Translations under genes and position numbers: made by a program
Notes under the pieces: generated by a model
The model's database searches: none
The model's input: only the letters and a program-made list of their open reading frames with translations
What the model was told of the DNA's origin: nothing
Shown: in pieces, positions 24,176 to 34,583 of the stretch
Layout of the letters: the number at the start of each line of letters is the position of its first letter
Numbering within the stretch: position 1 is the first letter of the stretch
From: Desulfuromonadaceae bacterium
GTDB taxonomy: Bacteria; Desulfobacterota; Desulfuromonadia; Geobacterales; Pseudopelobacteraceae
Length of the DNA stretch: 64,000 nucleotides
Direction: 5' to 3'
Assembly (NCBI GenBank): GCA_028688955.1
Contig: JAQTXD010000004.1
Coordinates: forward strand, 8,249-72,248

Positions 24176-24231
24176 TTCAAATGATAGAGCAATGTTACTT
24201 GAAAAATAATTCCAACGTGTCGAGGTACAGC

Positions 24232-25422
24232 ATGCATCACTCATTCAGCAGGATATCTGTTTACATTGCGGGCACACTTGTTGCCGCTCTTTCTCTCGCC
24301 GGCTGCAGTAAGCCAAAGCCGGCTGCTCCTCCGTCAGGACCACCGGAAGTCGGCATTATCACGATCAAACCGGAAAAAGTAGTACTTACCACGGAACTCT
24401 CCGGGCGAACAATTCCCCGGCAGATTGCCGAGGTACGTCCCCAGGTGAGCGGCATTATCCTGAAGCGACTGTTTACCGAGGGAAGTGATGTGAGCGCGGG
24501 ACAGCCGCTCTATCAGATTGATTCTGCAACCTTTGAGGCGGCATATGCCAGTGCTAAAGCCGCTCAGGCACGGGTGGAGGCAAATCTCGTTTCGCTCCGG
24601 CTCACCGAGGGTCGCTATCGTGATCTGGTGAAAATAAAGGCTGTCAGCCGGCAGGATTACGACAATGCATCCGCACAGCTGAAGCAGGCAGAAGCAGAAC
24701 TCGCAGCTGCAAAAGCAGCGGTAGAGACCGCCCGGATCAATGTGGCCTACAGCAAGGTGACTGCTCCGATTTCCGGGAGGATAGGCCGGTCAAACGTGAC
24801 CAACGGGGCTCTGGTGACCGCCAGCCAGCCGACGGCCCTGGCAACGATCCAGCAGCTTGACTCGATGTATGTGGATATGACTCAATCGACAGCAGACCTT
24901 CTCAAACTTCGCCAGAACCTTGCCAGCGGCGTTTTGAAAAAAAGCAGTTCGGCGCAGGTCAAGCTGCTCCTGGAGGACGGTTCTGCCTATCCAGTACCGG
25001 GAACGCTTAAATTTTCTGAGGTTACGGTAGATCCGAGCACCGGCTCCGTTACACTGCGTGCGGTATTCCCCAACCCCAAACAATTTCTTCTTCCGGGCAT
25101 GTTTGTTCGCGCGATTCTGGTAGACGGAGTGCAGGAAAACGCCATTCTTGTCCCGCAACGGGGGGTGACGCGGAATCCGAAGGGTGATGCTGTCGTCATG
25201 CTTGTCGGGGCCGAGGAAAAGGCAGAACCTCGTCCGATCAAGGTTGTCAGAACGGTGGGTAACAGCTGGCTGGTCAGTGATGGGCTGAAGGCGGGAGATC
25301 GTGTCATTCTGGAAGGGTTGCAGAAGGCGCGACCGGGAACACCGGTAAAAGCGGTCCCGTTTGGCAGCGCACCGGCGGTAGCCCCTGCCGGTTCACCGCA
25401 ACCACCAGCAGCAAAAAAATAA
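24232..25422 (+). CDS. RND efflux membrane fusion (periplasmic adaptor) lipoprotein, AcrA/MexA-like
   Basis: Start chosen at ATG 24232 (MHHSFSRISVYIAGTLVAALSLAGC, with lipobox LAGC). Coiled-coil hairpin and beta-barrel regions are typical of the HlyD/AcrA family. Confidence 0.85.
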   Translation: MHHSFSRISVYIAGTLVAALSLAGCSKPKPAAPPSGPPEVGIITIKPEKVVLTTELSGRTIPRQIAEVRPQVSGIILKRLFTEGSDVSAGQPLYQIDSATFEAAYASAKAAQARVEANLVSLRLTEGRYRDLVKIKAVSRQDYDNASAQLKQAEAELAAAKAAVETARINVAYSKVTAPISGRIGRSNVTNGALVTASQPTALATIQQLDSMYVDMTQSTADLLKLRQNLASGVLKKSSSAQVKLLLEDGSAYPVPGTLKFSEVTVDPSTGSVTLRAVFPNPKQFLLPGMFVRAILVDGVQENAILVPQRGVTRNPKGDAVVMLVGAEEKAEPRPIKVVRTVGNSWLVSDGLKAGDRVILEGLQKARPGTPVKAVPFGSAPAVAPAGSPQPPAAKK

Positions 25423-25434
25423 AGGAGCCGTTCC

Positions 25435-28400
25435 ATGCCTAAATTTTTCATTAATCGCCCGATTTTTGCCTGGGTGATCGCCATCATGGTTATGCTGGTC
25501 GGGCTTCTCTCAATCAAGAAACTGCCGGTTTCCCAGTATCCGCAGATTGCTCCGCCGCAAATAGCCATCAATGCCGTGTATCCGGGGGCATCAGCCCAGA
25601 CCGTGCAGGATACGGTTACCCAGGTTATCGAACAGAAGCTGAATGGAATCGACAACCTGATCTATATGTCCTCTACCAGCGACTCGGCCGGGGCGGTAAG
25701 CATCACCCTGACTTTCAAGGCAGGTACCGACCCCAATATTGCCCAGGTTCAGGTGCAGAACAAACTGCAGCTTGCCGTGCCGCTCCTCCCCCAGATTGTC
25801 CAGCGTTCGGGGATTCAGGTTGTTAAGTCCACCAGGAACTTCCTGCTGATCGTCGGTCTCGTCTCAGAAGACGGCACCATGGACCGCAACTCCCTGACTG
25901 ACTACATGGTTTCCAACCTTCAGGAAATCATCAGCCGACTGGAAGGGGTGGGTGAGTTACAGGTGTTTGGTACTCAGAATGCCATGCGGATCTGGGTAAA
26001 CCCTGCCAAGCTGAACAACTTCCACATGACTACCAACGATGTTATTGCAGCGCTGCAGTCACAAAACGCCCAGGTATCGGCAGGACAGTTCGGTGGCATA
26101 CCGGCTAACCAGGGACAGCAGCTCAATGCAACCGTCAATGCCCGATCGCTCCTCCAAACCACGGAGCAGTTTGATGCCATCATCCTGCGCACGAACAGTG
26201 ACGGCTCTACTGTCAGGCTCAGGGATGTGGCTGAAAGTAAAATCGGCACGGAGAACTATGAGATTCAGTCGTACTACAACGGGAAACCGCTGGGGGGGAT
26301 GGCGATCCGTCTGGCCTCCGGTGCCAATGCACTGGAAACCGGTAACCGGATCAAAGCCAAGATGGAAGAGCTTTCAAAATATTTCCCTGCCGGTATGAAG
26401 GTCGTCTATCCCTACGATTCTACCCCCTTCGTCAAGATATCCATAGAAGAGGTTGTGCAGACCTTGATCGAGGCGGTCTTCCTTGTTTTTATCATCATGT
26501 TCCTTTTTCTGCAGAACATTCGCGCTACGCTGATCCCGACGATCGCGGTGCCGGTGGTTCTCCTCGGTACCATGGGGGTGCTGGCTGCAAGCGGCTACTC
26601 GATCAACACCCTGACCATGTTTGCTCTGGTTATCGTCATCGGACTGCTGGTTGACGACGCCATCGTTGTTGTCGAAAACGTGGAACGTATCATGAGCGAG
26701 GAAGGACTTTCACCCAAAGAGGCAACAATCAAGTCCATGGGGCAGATTACCAGCGCCCTCTGGGGTATTGCCACCGTACTGACGGCGGTTTTCCTCCCCA
26801 TGGCCTTCTTTCCGGGATCTACCGGCGTTATCTACCGGCAGTTTTCCGTCACAATCATCTCTGCCATGATCCTCTCGGTGATGGTAGCCATGATCCTGAC
26901 CCCTGCTCTCTGCGCCACCCTGCTCAAGCCGGTTGCAAAGGGGCACCATGCCGGCGAGACAGGCTGGTTTGCCTGGTTCTTCCGCTACTTCAACCGGGCA
27001 TTTGAATTCTGCCGGCACAATTACGAAGGGATTGTCGGTCGCTCATTCAATAAGCCGGTGCGCTATCTGGTGATCTACGGAGGTATTGTTGCCGTCATGG
27101 CGTATGTCTTTCTGCATCTTCCCACATCATTTCTACCGGATGAGGACCAGGGGTTCATAATCTGTCAGGTTCAGTTGCCGGCAGGTGCAACACAGGAGCG
27201 CACCATTCAGGTCATACGTCAGCTGGAAAAGCATTTCCTCGAAAAAGAATCCAAAACCGTGCAAGGTGTCATAACCGTGGCCGGGTTCAGTTTTGCCGGT
27301 CGGGGGCAGAATATGGGGCTTGCATTTGTCAGACTCAAGGATTGGAAGGTGCGACAAACCCCTGATCTGAAAGCCGCTGCGATTGCCGGCCGGGCTATGG
27401 GAGCGTTTTCGAAATTCAGGGACGGCCTTGCTTTTGCCTTCTCGCCACCGGCAGTACTTGAACTGGGGGTGGCAAACGGTTTTGACTTCCAGTTGCAGGA
27501 TCGTGGCGGGTTGGGGCATGAAAAACTGATGGAGGCGCGCAACATGCTTCTTGGTATGGCCATGAAAAACCCTAAACTGATGGCAGTGCGCCCCAACGGT
27601 CAGGATGACTCTCCCCAGTTCAAGCTCGACATTGACGATGTGCGGGCCGGCGCCCAGGGAGTATCTCAGGCGGATATCAACAACGTTCTTTCAACCGCGT
27701 GGGGGAGTTCATACGTTAACGACTTCATACAGAACGGCCGGGTCAAGAAGGTCTACCTCCAGTCGGATGCCCGTTACCGTATGGTACCGGAAGATATTAA
27801 CAGCTGGTATGTCAGCAACAAGAGCGGTCAGATGGTGCCGTTCTCGGCATTTGCCACTGCCCGTTGGCAGTACGGTTCTCCGCGCCTGGAACGCTACAAC
27901 GGCATTCCATCCGTTGAGGTTCTTGGACAGGCCGCACCGGGGATAAGCACCGGGGAAGCGATGGTCGAGGTGGAAAAGATGGCCGCCCAGCTGCCGCCGG
28001 GAGTCGGCTACGAATGGACCGGTCTTTCCTACGAGGAGCGGAACGCCGGTGCCCAGGCGCCGGCGCTTTATGCGATCTCGCTTCTTGTCGTGTTCCTCTC
28101 CGTTGCGGCGCTGTACGAGAGCTGGACGATTCCTTTCGTCAACCTGCTGATGCTGCCGCTTGGATTGGTGGGGGCGGTCGTTGCGGTTAAACTGCGGATG
28201 TTCCCGAATGATGTCTATCTGCAGATCGGCCTGCTCACAACGGTCGGTCTCTCAACCAAGAACGCAATCCTGATCATCCAGTTCATCAAGGAGCAGATGC
28301 ATCAAGGGCACGAGCTGGTCGAGGCGACCCTGACGGCGGTGAGAATTCGGCTTCGTCCGGTCATTATGACCTCGCTGGCGTTCTTTTTCGGTACCCTTCC

Positions 28401-28602
28401 GCTGGCGCTTACCAAGGGGGCCGGTGCCGCAGCCCAGAACGCTATCGGCAGCGCCGTTACCGGCGGGTTGCTCTCGGCAACGTTCATCGACCTGATATTC
28501 ATCCCGTTTTTCTTTGTTCTGGTCTCGCGACTGTTCGGCCGGAAGAAGTACGTACCTCATGTCGAAGAGCCCGCACCAGTTACTGCTTCGGAGGTACACT
28601 GA
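25435..28602 (+). CDS. RND multidrug efflux permease, AcrB/MexB family
   Basis: 1055 aa. The N-terminus [41 protein letters not shown] is canonical for the HAE1 family. Confidence 0.95.
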   Translation: MPKFFINRPIFAWVIAIMVMLVGLLSIKKLPVSQYPQIAPPQIAINAVYPGASAQTVQDTVTQVIEQKLNGIDNLIYMSSTSDSAGAVSITLTFKAGTDPNIAQVQVQNKLQLAVPLLPQIVQRSGIQVVKSTRNFLLIVGLVSEDGTMDRNSLTDYMVSNLQEIISRLEGVGELQVFGTQNAMRIWVNPAKLNNFHMTTNDVIAALQSQNAQVSAGQFGGIPANQGQQLNATVNARSLLQTTEQFDAIILRTNSDGSTVRLRDVAESKIGTENYEIQSYYNGKPLGGMAIRLASGANALETGNRIKAKMEELSKYFPAGMKVVYPYDSTPFVKISIEEVVQTLIEAVFLVFIIMFLFLQNIRATLIPTIAVPVVLLGTMGVLAASGYSINTLTMFALVIVIGLLVDDAIVVVENVERIMSEEGLSPKEATIKSMGQITSALWGIATVLTAVFLPMAFFPGSTGVIYRQFSVTIISAMILSVMVAMILTPALCATLLKPVAKGHHAGETGWFAWFFRYFNRAFEFCRHNYEGIVGRSFNKPVRYLVIYGGIVAVMAYVFLHLPTSFLPDEDQGFIICQVQLPAGATQERTIQVIRQLEKHFLEKESKTVQGVITVAGFSFAGRGQNMGLAFVRLKDWKVRQTPDLKAAAIAGRAMGAFSKFRDGLAFAFSPPAVLELGVANGFDFQLQDRGGLGHEKLMEARNMLLGMAMKNPKLMAVRPNGQDDSPQFKLDIDDVRAGAQGVSQADINNVLSTAWGSSYVNDFIQNGRVKKVYLQSDARYRMVPEDINSWYVSNKSGQMVPFSAFATARWQYGSPRLERYNGIPSVEVLGQAAPGISTGEAMVEVEKMAAQLPPGVGYEWTGLSYEERNAGAQAPALYAISLLVVFLSVAALYESWTIPFVNLLMLPLGLVGAVVAVKLRMFPNDVYLQIGLLTTVGLSTKNAILIIQFIKEQMHQGHELVEATLTAVRIRLRPVIMTSLAFFFGTLPLALTKGAGAAAQNAIGSAVTGGLLSATFIDLIFIPFFFVLVSRLFGRKKYVPHVEEPAPVTASEVH

Positions 28603-28603
28603 T

Positions 28604-30040
28604 ATGAAACTGACACGATGCATACTGACCACCCGGTTCCTCGTTATGGGACTCGCATTCTCTCTTGGCGGCTGTGCCACCATGGCACCCACGTATACCC
28701 CGCCGGTAGCTCCGGTTCCCGCCGCCCTGCCGGGTATACCGGAGAACAGGAGTGAGGCGGCACAAGTAGTGGAGAAGCCGTTTGCCGAAATTCCCTGGAG
28801 TGAGTTTTTTGGTGACCAGAGGCTGCGTAGCCTGATTACGCTGGCGTTGAAGAATAACCGCGACCTTCGCGTCGCCGCTCTCAATATTGAGCGGTTTCGG
28901 GCGTTATATCAGATACGGAGTGCGGATCAGCTGCCGAAGGTGGATGCCTCCGCGGGTGCCGCTTATCAGCGGATTCCTGCCGGTCTGACCGGGCGCGGGA
29001 GTGCCATGACGACACATCAATACACGGTCAGCGCCGGGCTTGTCTCATACGAACTGGATCTGTTCGGGCGCGTACAGAGTCTCAAGGACCAGGCCCTTGA
29101 ACAGTTTCTTGCCACTGAACAGGCGCAGCGCAGCGTCCAGATCAGTCTGGTTTCCCAGGTTGCCTCAACGTGGCTGAACCTTGCCGCCGACCGTGAACGC
29201 TTACAGCTTGCGCAAGAAACATTAACCAGCCAGCAGGAATCATACAATTTGACCAGGAGCCGTTTTGAAGCCGGAGTTTCAAATTCACTCGCCCTGAATC
29301 AGGCCCAGACCACTGTTGACGCTGCTCGGGTTGACATTGCCCGGTACACCACCCTGACAATGCAGGACGAAAATGCCCTCAACTTCCTGGTAGGCTCTCA
29401 GGTCCCGGCAGAGCTGTTGCCGAATGCGCTTACCGAAACGGTGACCACGATGAAATACCCGGCTCCGGGACTTTCATCGGACGTACTGCTGCGGCGTCCG
29501 GATATCCTTCAGGCTGAAGGGCAGCTTAAGGGATTAAATGCAAATATCGGCGCTGCACGGGCAGCGTTTTTCCCAAGGATCACATTGGTATCGTCAGTCG
29601 GTTTCGGTAGTAGCGAGCTTTCCGGTCTGTTTAAAGGTGATGCCTTTGCCTGGAGCTTCCTGCCGCGAATATCACTTCCCCTGTTTGATGGTGGCAGCAA
29701 CAAAGCCAACCTGAAGGTTGCAGAGGTCGATCGCGATATTGCCGTGGCGCAGTACGAAAAGACCATCCAATCGGCCTTTCGGGAGGTGGCAGATGCATTC
29801 GCCCAAATGGGGACGATCAATGATCTCGTTGCCGCCCAGAAATCGCTCGTCGCTGCCACGGATGAAAGCTATCGACTCTCCCAGGCGCGATTTGACAAAG
29901 GGGTTGACAGCTACCTGCAGGTTCTCGACGCTCAGCGTGCACTCTACGGTGCTCAGCAGAACCTGATTACGACACGACTTACGCGAATATCCAATCTGGT
30001 GACACTGTATAAGGTACTTGGGGGCGGGGGGAGAGACTGA
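28604..30040 (+). CDS. RND efflux outer-membrane factor lipoprotein (NodT/OprM family)
   Basis: Start chosen at ATG 28604 (MKLTRCILTTRFLVMGLAFSLGGC, with lipobox), 1 nt after the permease stop. Two OEP repeats are present. Confidence 0.85.
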   Translation: MKLTRCILTTRFLVMGLAFSLGGCATMAPTYTPPVAPVPAALPGIPENRSEAAQVVEKPFAEIPWSEFFGDQRLRSLITLALKNNRDLRVAALNIERFRALYQIRSADQLPKVDASAGAAYQRIPAGLTGRGSAMTTHQYTVSAGLVSYELDLFGRVQSLKDQALEQFLATEQAQRSVQISLVSQVASTWLNLAADRERLQLAQETLTSQQESYNLTRSRFEAGVSNSLALNQAQTTVDAARVDIARYTTLTMQDENALNFLVGSQVPAELLPNALTETVTTMKYPAPGLSSDVLLRRPDILQAEGQLKGLNANIGAARAAFFPRITLVSSVGFGSSELSGLFKGDAFAWSFLPRISLPLFDGGSNKANLKVAEVDRDIAVAQYEKTIQSAFREVADAFAQMGTINDLVAAQKSLVAATDESYRLSQARFDKGVDSYLQVLDAQRALYGAQQNLITTRLTRISNLVTLYKVLGGGGRD

Positions 30041-30138
30041 GTTGTTTTTCGGTCCTCCAGCAGTCAAGTTCCCCTTTGCATTTCAAGTCCATTACTGTAT
30101 ATATTTATATCACTTATTGTCGCACCAAAGGAATTTAC

Positions 30139-30900
30139 GTGGTTCAGGCACTTGGACATACAACAATTGGAATTATTCGTGATCTTGGGCGGGTAGGCTG
30201 GTTTTTACTCTATTCGCTGTACATGATCTTTCGGCGGCCGGGCGGTGTTGTGCACGTTCTGAAACAGGTACGTTTCATAGGTACGAAATCGCTGTTTGTC
30301 ATTGTCCTCACCGCCGCATTTACCGGAATGGTCCTCGGTTTACAGGGATATTACACCCTGACCAAGTTTGGTTCCGAGGGGATGCTGGGAACGGCGGTGG
30401 CGCTTTCTCTCATCCGGGAGCTTGGCCCGGTACTCGCCGCCCTGATGGTGACCGGTCGGGCAGGTAGCGCAATTACTGCAGAAATCGGCATCATGCGTAT
30501 TACCGAACAGATCGACGCCTTGGAAACCATGGCACTTGACCCCTTCAAGTATCTGGTCACACCGAAGTTTATTGCCGCCATGATATCTCTGCCATTGTTA
30601 TGTGCAATTTTTGATGTGATCGGTATCTACGGGGGGTGGCTGGTAGGTGTCAAACTGCTGGGAGTAAACCCCGGTGCCTATTTTTATGAGATGGAGAAAT
30701 CGGTTGTCTGGCGCGACGTCTACTCCGGTTTCGTGAAGTCATTTTCCTTCGGTCTGATAATCGCCTGGATTGGCTGTTACAAAGGCTATTATGCCGGTCA
30801 CGGTGCGGAAGGAGTTTCCAAGGCGACAACCGAGTCGGTTGTTCTGACATCCGTTATAATTCTGGTGTGGGACTATTTCCTCACTTCGGTGCTGCTCTGA
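30139..30900 (+). CDS. mlaE: MlaE-type ABC transporter permease (phospholipid/toluene-tolerance transport)
   Basis: Start chosen at GTG 30139 behind AAAGGAA. The segments ELGPVLAALMVTGRAGSAITAEIGIMRITEQIDALETMALDP are the MlaE/Ttg2B signature. Confidence 0.8.
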   Translation: MVQALGHTTIGIIRDLGRVGWFLLYSLYMIFRRPGGVVHVLKQVRFIGTKSLFVIVLTAAFTGMVLGLQGYYTLTKFGSEGMLGTAVALSLIRELGPVLAALMVTGRAGSAITAEIGIMRITEQIDALETMALDPFKYLVTPKFIAAMISLPLLCAIFDVIGIYGGWLVGVKLLGVNPGAYFYEMEKSVVWRDVYSGFVKSFSFGLIIAWIGCYKGYYAGHGAEGVSKATTESVVLTSVIILVWDYFLTSVLL

Positions 30901-30901
30901 T

Positions 30902-31648
30902 ATGATTACACTACGCAATATACACAAGTCGTTTGGCGCGCAAAAAGTGCTTGATGGTCTTGACCTTGATATACCGGATGGAAAAATTACCGCTATTATC
31001 GGGCCCAGTGGCGAAGGCAAGAGTGTCCTGCTGAAGCATCTGATCGGGCTGCTGCAGCCTGACAGCGGCACAGTCGAGGTTGATGGCGAAAATATTGTCG
31101 CTGTGCGCCGTTCGGAATTGAACCGGATTCGTGAAAAATTCGGCATGCTGTTCCAGAACGTGGCCCTGTTTGATTCAATGACCGTTTTTGAAAATGTTGC
31201 CTTTCCTTTAGAAGAAAAAACATCATTTTCAAAAGAGGAGATCAGGGGCAAGGTTCTCGCGGCCCTTGAGGATGTCGGTCTGAAGAACATCGAAAAAAAG
31301 TTCCCCGATGAACTTTCCGGCGGCATGAAAAAACGTGTCGGACTGGCGCGGGCGGTGGTACTCAATCCGAAGATCATCCTCTTTGATGAACCGACTACCG
31401 GGCTTGACCCGATCATAAAGCGGGCAATTCATCAGCTTATTAAGGACACTCACGCCAAGTTCGGCTTTACGGCGGTGATCGTGTCACACGAAATACCGGA
31501 GATATTTGATGTTGCCCAAAATGTTGCCATGCTGTTTCGGGGTAAAATATTGCAGCACGGGACTTCGGACGATATAAAGAACTCGACTCATCCTGCAATC
31601 AGGCAGTTCATCAGTGGCAGTCTTGACGGCCCGATTCAGATGGTTTAG
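30902..31648 (+). CDS. mlaF: MlaF-type ABC transporter ATP-binding protein
   Basis: 248 aa. Walker A is GPSGEGKS, the signature motif is LSGGMKKR, and Walker B is ILFDEP. Confidence 0.85.
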   Translation: MITLRNIHKSFGAQKVLDGLDLDIPDGKITAIIGPSGEGKSVLLKHLIGLLQPDSGTVEVDGENIVAVRRSELNRIREKFGMLFQNVALFDSMTVFENVAFPLEEKTSFSKEEIRGKVLAALEDVGLKNIEKKFPDELSGGMKKRVGLARAVVLNPKIILFDEPTTGLDPIIKRAIHQLIKDTHAKFGFTAVIVSHEIPEIFDVAQNVAMLFRGKILQHGTSDDIKNSTHPAIRQFISGSLDGPIQMV

Positions 31649-31664
31649 CGCAGAGGGGTGCTCT

Positions 31665-32114
31665 ATGAATATGGTAAAACTGGAAATGATGGTAGGCACG
31701 TTTATGTTGATCGGCATTCTTTGTCTTGGGTATGTATCGATCAAGCTGGGCAAATTGGAATTTGGCGGCGGTGATTTTTATTCTGTCTCTGCAGGTTTTG
31801 ATTCGGTTTCCGGGTTGAAGCCGGGGGCACGGGTTGAAGTTGCTGGGGTTGAGGTCGGCAAGGTCGACCGGATAACCCTTGACGCTAAAACCGGCGATCG
31901 GGCAGTGGCCTATCTTAAAATCAAGACCGGTGTGAAACTCACGGATGATGTAATTGCTTCAGTGCGCACAAGTGGAATTATTGGCGACAAATTTATCAAA
32001 CTTCGTCCCGGTGGTTCTGACGTTATGCTGAAGAATAATGATAAGATTCGTGAAACCGAATCAGCCATTGATATTGAAGAGTTGGTCAGCAAGTTTATTC
32101 ACGGCAAAGTATAG
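31665..32114 (+). CDS. mlaD: MlaD-type MCE-domain protein
   Basis: Start chosen at ATG 31665 behind GAGGGG. An N-terminal TM helix is followed by an MCE domain (GLKPGARVEVAGVEVGKVDRI). Confidence 0.8.
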   Translation: MNMVKLEMMVGTFMLIGILCLGYVSIKLGKLEFGGGDFYSVSAGFDSVSGLKPGARVEVAGVEVGKVDRITLDAKTGDRAVAYLKIKTGVKLTDDVIASVRTSGIIGDKFIKLRPGGSDVMLKNNDKIRETESAIDIEELVSKFIHGKV

Positions 32115-32143
32115 GGCCCATCCTTACTAACAGGAATTAAACA

Positions 32144-33526
32144 ATGAAATCTTTTGTATGTACCTGCATAGTTTCTTTGACGCTGCTGACCGGCGCAGGA
32201 ACCGGTTTTGCAGGCGATGCTCCGAAACCCCAAACGGTCATGACTCTGGATGAATGCATCCGCCTGGCACTGAAAGCCGCGCCTGAACTGGGCGAAGCAC
32301 AGAGTGACATTGCCCTGGCAACCAGCAAACTGGATGAGGCAAAGTCATACCGCTATCCGCAGCTGCAGCTGACAACACTTGTCGGACCGGCACCGACGGC
32401 CTATCGATCGGATCTTTCTCCAAGTGTCCAGACCGACAGGGCATTCAGCTTCAAGGAACTCACCTGGTTTACCAGTGCCGATGCGACGATTATACAGCCG
32501 CTCTATACCTTTGGGAAAATCTCTGAAAACATGAAGGCCGCCACTCACGGCATCGAAGTTGATCGATCCCGCAAGGAGCAGCGGGCTAACGAGATCATCC
32601 AGAAAGTTCATGAATATTACAGTGGCCTGCTGCTTGCTCGCGAGATGAAGGAACTGGTACTTGAAATTGAGGAAATTCTCATCAAATCCCGTGAAAAAGC
32701 CCGCAAGCTATTGGAACAGGGGTCTGACTCGGTCGATGAAGTTGATCTCTATAAACTTGATGCCTTCTCCGGTATAGCGACAAAATACCTTGAAGAGGCA
32801 AAGAAGGGCGAGGCACTTGCCCTTGCGGCACTGAAGGCACGTATGGGGATGCCGGCCGATACCGAATTGGTTACCGGGACAGAGCGCCTTGTAATAATGG
32901 AGTCCGATAATACTCCTACACTGGAAAGCTTTCTTGAAAAGGCAGCTGCCAGACGTCACGAACACCACCAGATTTCAGAGGGACTCAAAGCACGTACGGC
33001 TCTTGTCGAGGCGGCAAAAGCAAACTACTATCCCGACATTTTTCTGGGTGCTCTTGCCTCGTGGGCCTACGCAGATGAACGTGATCGGATTGACAACCCG
33101 TATATCACCGACCCGTTCAAGCATGTTATAGGTGGAGTTGCCCTAGGTGTGCGCTGGAAGCTTGATTTTGGCATAACCGGAGCGAAGGTAGCAGCAGAAC
33201 GCGCACAGTACAACCGGCTTCTCAGCACGAAGGAGTACGCCGACATAAACATTCCGCTTCAGGTCAAGAAGTACTACCTTGATCTGATCGAAGCCAGAAA
33301 CAGTGCCTATGCAACGAGGGGTGCCTATCTGAATGCGAAAAAATGGACCGTTACGGCTGTTGCAAACTTTGATTTCGGCATGGGGCCTGCCAAGGATATT
33401 TTTGAAGCGCTACAGGCGTATTCAACCATGCGAGCCGACTATTTCAGATCAATCTACAACTATCAAATTGCCATGGCCAATCTGGACTATGCTACAAGCG
33501 AGCCTTTACCCATTCATGAAAAATAA
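32144..33526 (+). CDS. TolC-like outer membrane efflux protein (OEP family) embedded in the mla operon
   Basis: 460 aa with a signal peptide. LTLDECIRLALKAAPEL-type OEP repeat starts occur twice. Confidence 0.75.
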   Translation: MKSFVCTCIVSLTLLTGAGTGFAGDAPKPQTVMTLDECIRLALKAAPELGEAQSDIALATSKLDEAKSYRYPQLQLTTLVGPAPTAYRSDLSPSVQTDRAFSFKELTWFTSADATIIQPLYTFGKISENMKAATHGIEVDRSRKEQRANEIIQKVHEYYSGLLLAREMKELVLEIEEILIKSREKARKLLEQGSDSVDEVDLYKLDAFSGIATKYLEEAKKGEALALAALKARMGMPADTELVTGTERLVIMESDNTPTLESFLEKAAARRHEHHQISEGLKARTALVEAAKANYYPDIFLGALASWAYADERDRIDNPYITDPFKHVIGGVALGVRWKLDFGITGAKVAAERAQYNRLLSTKEYADINIPLQVKKYYLDLIEARNSAYATRGAYLNAKKWTVTAVANFDFGMGPAKDIFEALQAYSTMRADYFRSIYNYQIAMANLDYATSEPLPIHEK

Positions 33527-33541
33527 TCCGGAGGATTCAAA

Positions 33542-34132
33542 ATGCTGAAACGAATTTTAGTGGTGCTGGCGGCAGTAACCTTTTTAGCTTCAGCCGCCTA
33601 TGCAGGCCCGACGGAAGATGTGAAAAAAACGGTTGATGAAGTTGTACGTATTGTGTCTGACAAGGATCTGAAAAGAAATGAAACAAAGCATCGCCAGGCT
33701 CTGAAAAAGTCTATAAGCGTCATTTTCGACTATTCTGAAATGGCAAAGCGCTCGCTTGGTAAACACTGGAACGTACGTAGCGCTGCTGAAAAAAAACAGT
33801 TTGCCGACCTTTTTGCGACGCTGCTTGAAAATTCATACGCCAGCAAAATCGAGTCATACAATAATGAAAAGATCGTCTACCTCAAAGAAAGCCTGGACGG
33901 TGATTACGCAGAAGTTAAATCCAAGGTTGTCACAGCGGCTCGAGATGAGTTTACGCTTGATTACCGTTTGTTCAAGCATGACGGCAAATGGAAGGTGTAC
34001 GACGTTGTTATCGAAGGGGTAAGCCTTGTTTCAAACTATCGCAGCCAATTCAATAAAATAATCACCGCAAATGGTTATGATAAACTTGTAACAAAACTGC
34101 AGAGCAAAAATGAGGAATTGAAGGCACCCTGA
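33542..34132 (+). CDS. mlaC: MlaC/Ttg2D-type periplasmic phospholipid-binding protein
   Basis: 196 aa with a signal peptide. FDYSEMAKRSLGKHW...KKQFADLFATLLENSYASKIESY...WKVYDVVIEGVSLVSNYRSQF is typical of the family. Confidence 0.75.
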   Translation: MLKRILVVLAAVTFLASAAYAGPTEDVKKTVDEVVRIVSDKDLKRNETKHRQALKKSISVIFDYSEMAKRSLGKHWNVRSAAEKKQFADLFATLLENSYASKIESYNNEKIVYLKESLDGDYAEVKSKVVTAARDEFTLDYRLFKHDGKWKVYDVVIEGVSLVSNYRSQFNKIITANGYDKLVTKLQSKNEELKAP

Positions 34133-34324
34133 GTGGTGTGAATTGTCTTGACACCCGCTTTATTGCTGTGTTAAACGACTCGGGCACGCAGTTTCGGAAC
34201 TTTTTGCAGAACGTTGCAAGTTGCACGTTTGACCAGGCTTTGCGCTTTTCCTGCATCAGACTCCAGAAACTTTAGCGGTAACTAAGGGCTCCGGCACCAA
34301 GCCGGACAGAAAAGGAGGCAGGAA

Positions 34325-34525
34325 ATGGCACAGGGTAAAGTAAAATGGTTTAACGACACAAAAGGATTTGGTTTCATTGAGCAGGAGGGTGGCGAAGACG
34401 TTTTCGTTCACTTCTCCGCAATTGGCGGTGAAGGTTTTAAATCGCTTGCAGAGGGTGATTCGGTAACGTTTGAAATCACTCAGGGTCCGAAAGGCCTACA
34501 GGCGGCTAATGTTATTAAGAAGTAG
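34325..34525 (+). CDS. Cold-shock protein, CspA family
   Basis: 66 aa. [14 protein letters not shown] (RNP1) and VFVHFSAI (RNP2) are present. Confidence 0.95.
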   Translation: MAQGKVKWFNDTKGFGFIEQEGGEDVFVHFSAIGGEGFKSLAEGDSVTFEITQGPKGLQAANVIKK

Positions 34526-34555
34526 ATGTAACCGGTATTCGTAAGTATTTTCTCG

Positions 34556-34583
34556 AGCCCGCTGATTTCAGCGGGCTTTTTTT
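34556..34583. terminator. Bidirectional intrinsic terminator between csp and ygiQ
   Basis: AGCCCGCTG (34556-34564) pairs with CAGCGGGCT (34569-34577) around a 4-nt ATTT loop, followed by TTTTTT. The 3' arm overlaps the last codons of the minus-strand gene. Confidence 0.8.

Noticed and set aside
24151-24231. Longer track starts for several genes: 24151 (adaptor), 28514 (outer-membrane factor), 31614 (mlaD), 19153 (transglutaminase), 51238 (HD-GYP regulator), 30076 (mlaE), 13579 (GNAT), 15866 (unknown), 37453 (argC), 44724 (yajQ) and 48140 (HDOD)
   Set aside because: In each case an internal ATG or GTG with a Shine-Dalgarno sequence gives the family-typical N-terminus (signal peptide with lipobox, a receiver beginning, MPSFDIV for YajQ and so on). 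It also removes large overlaps with the upstream gene.
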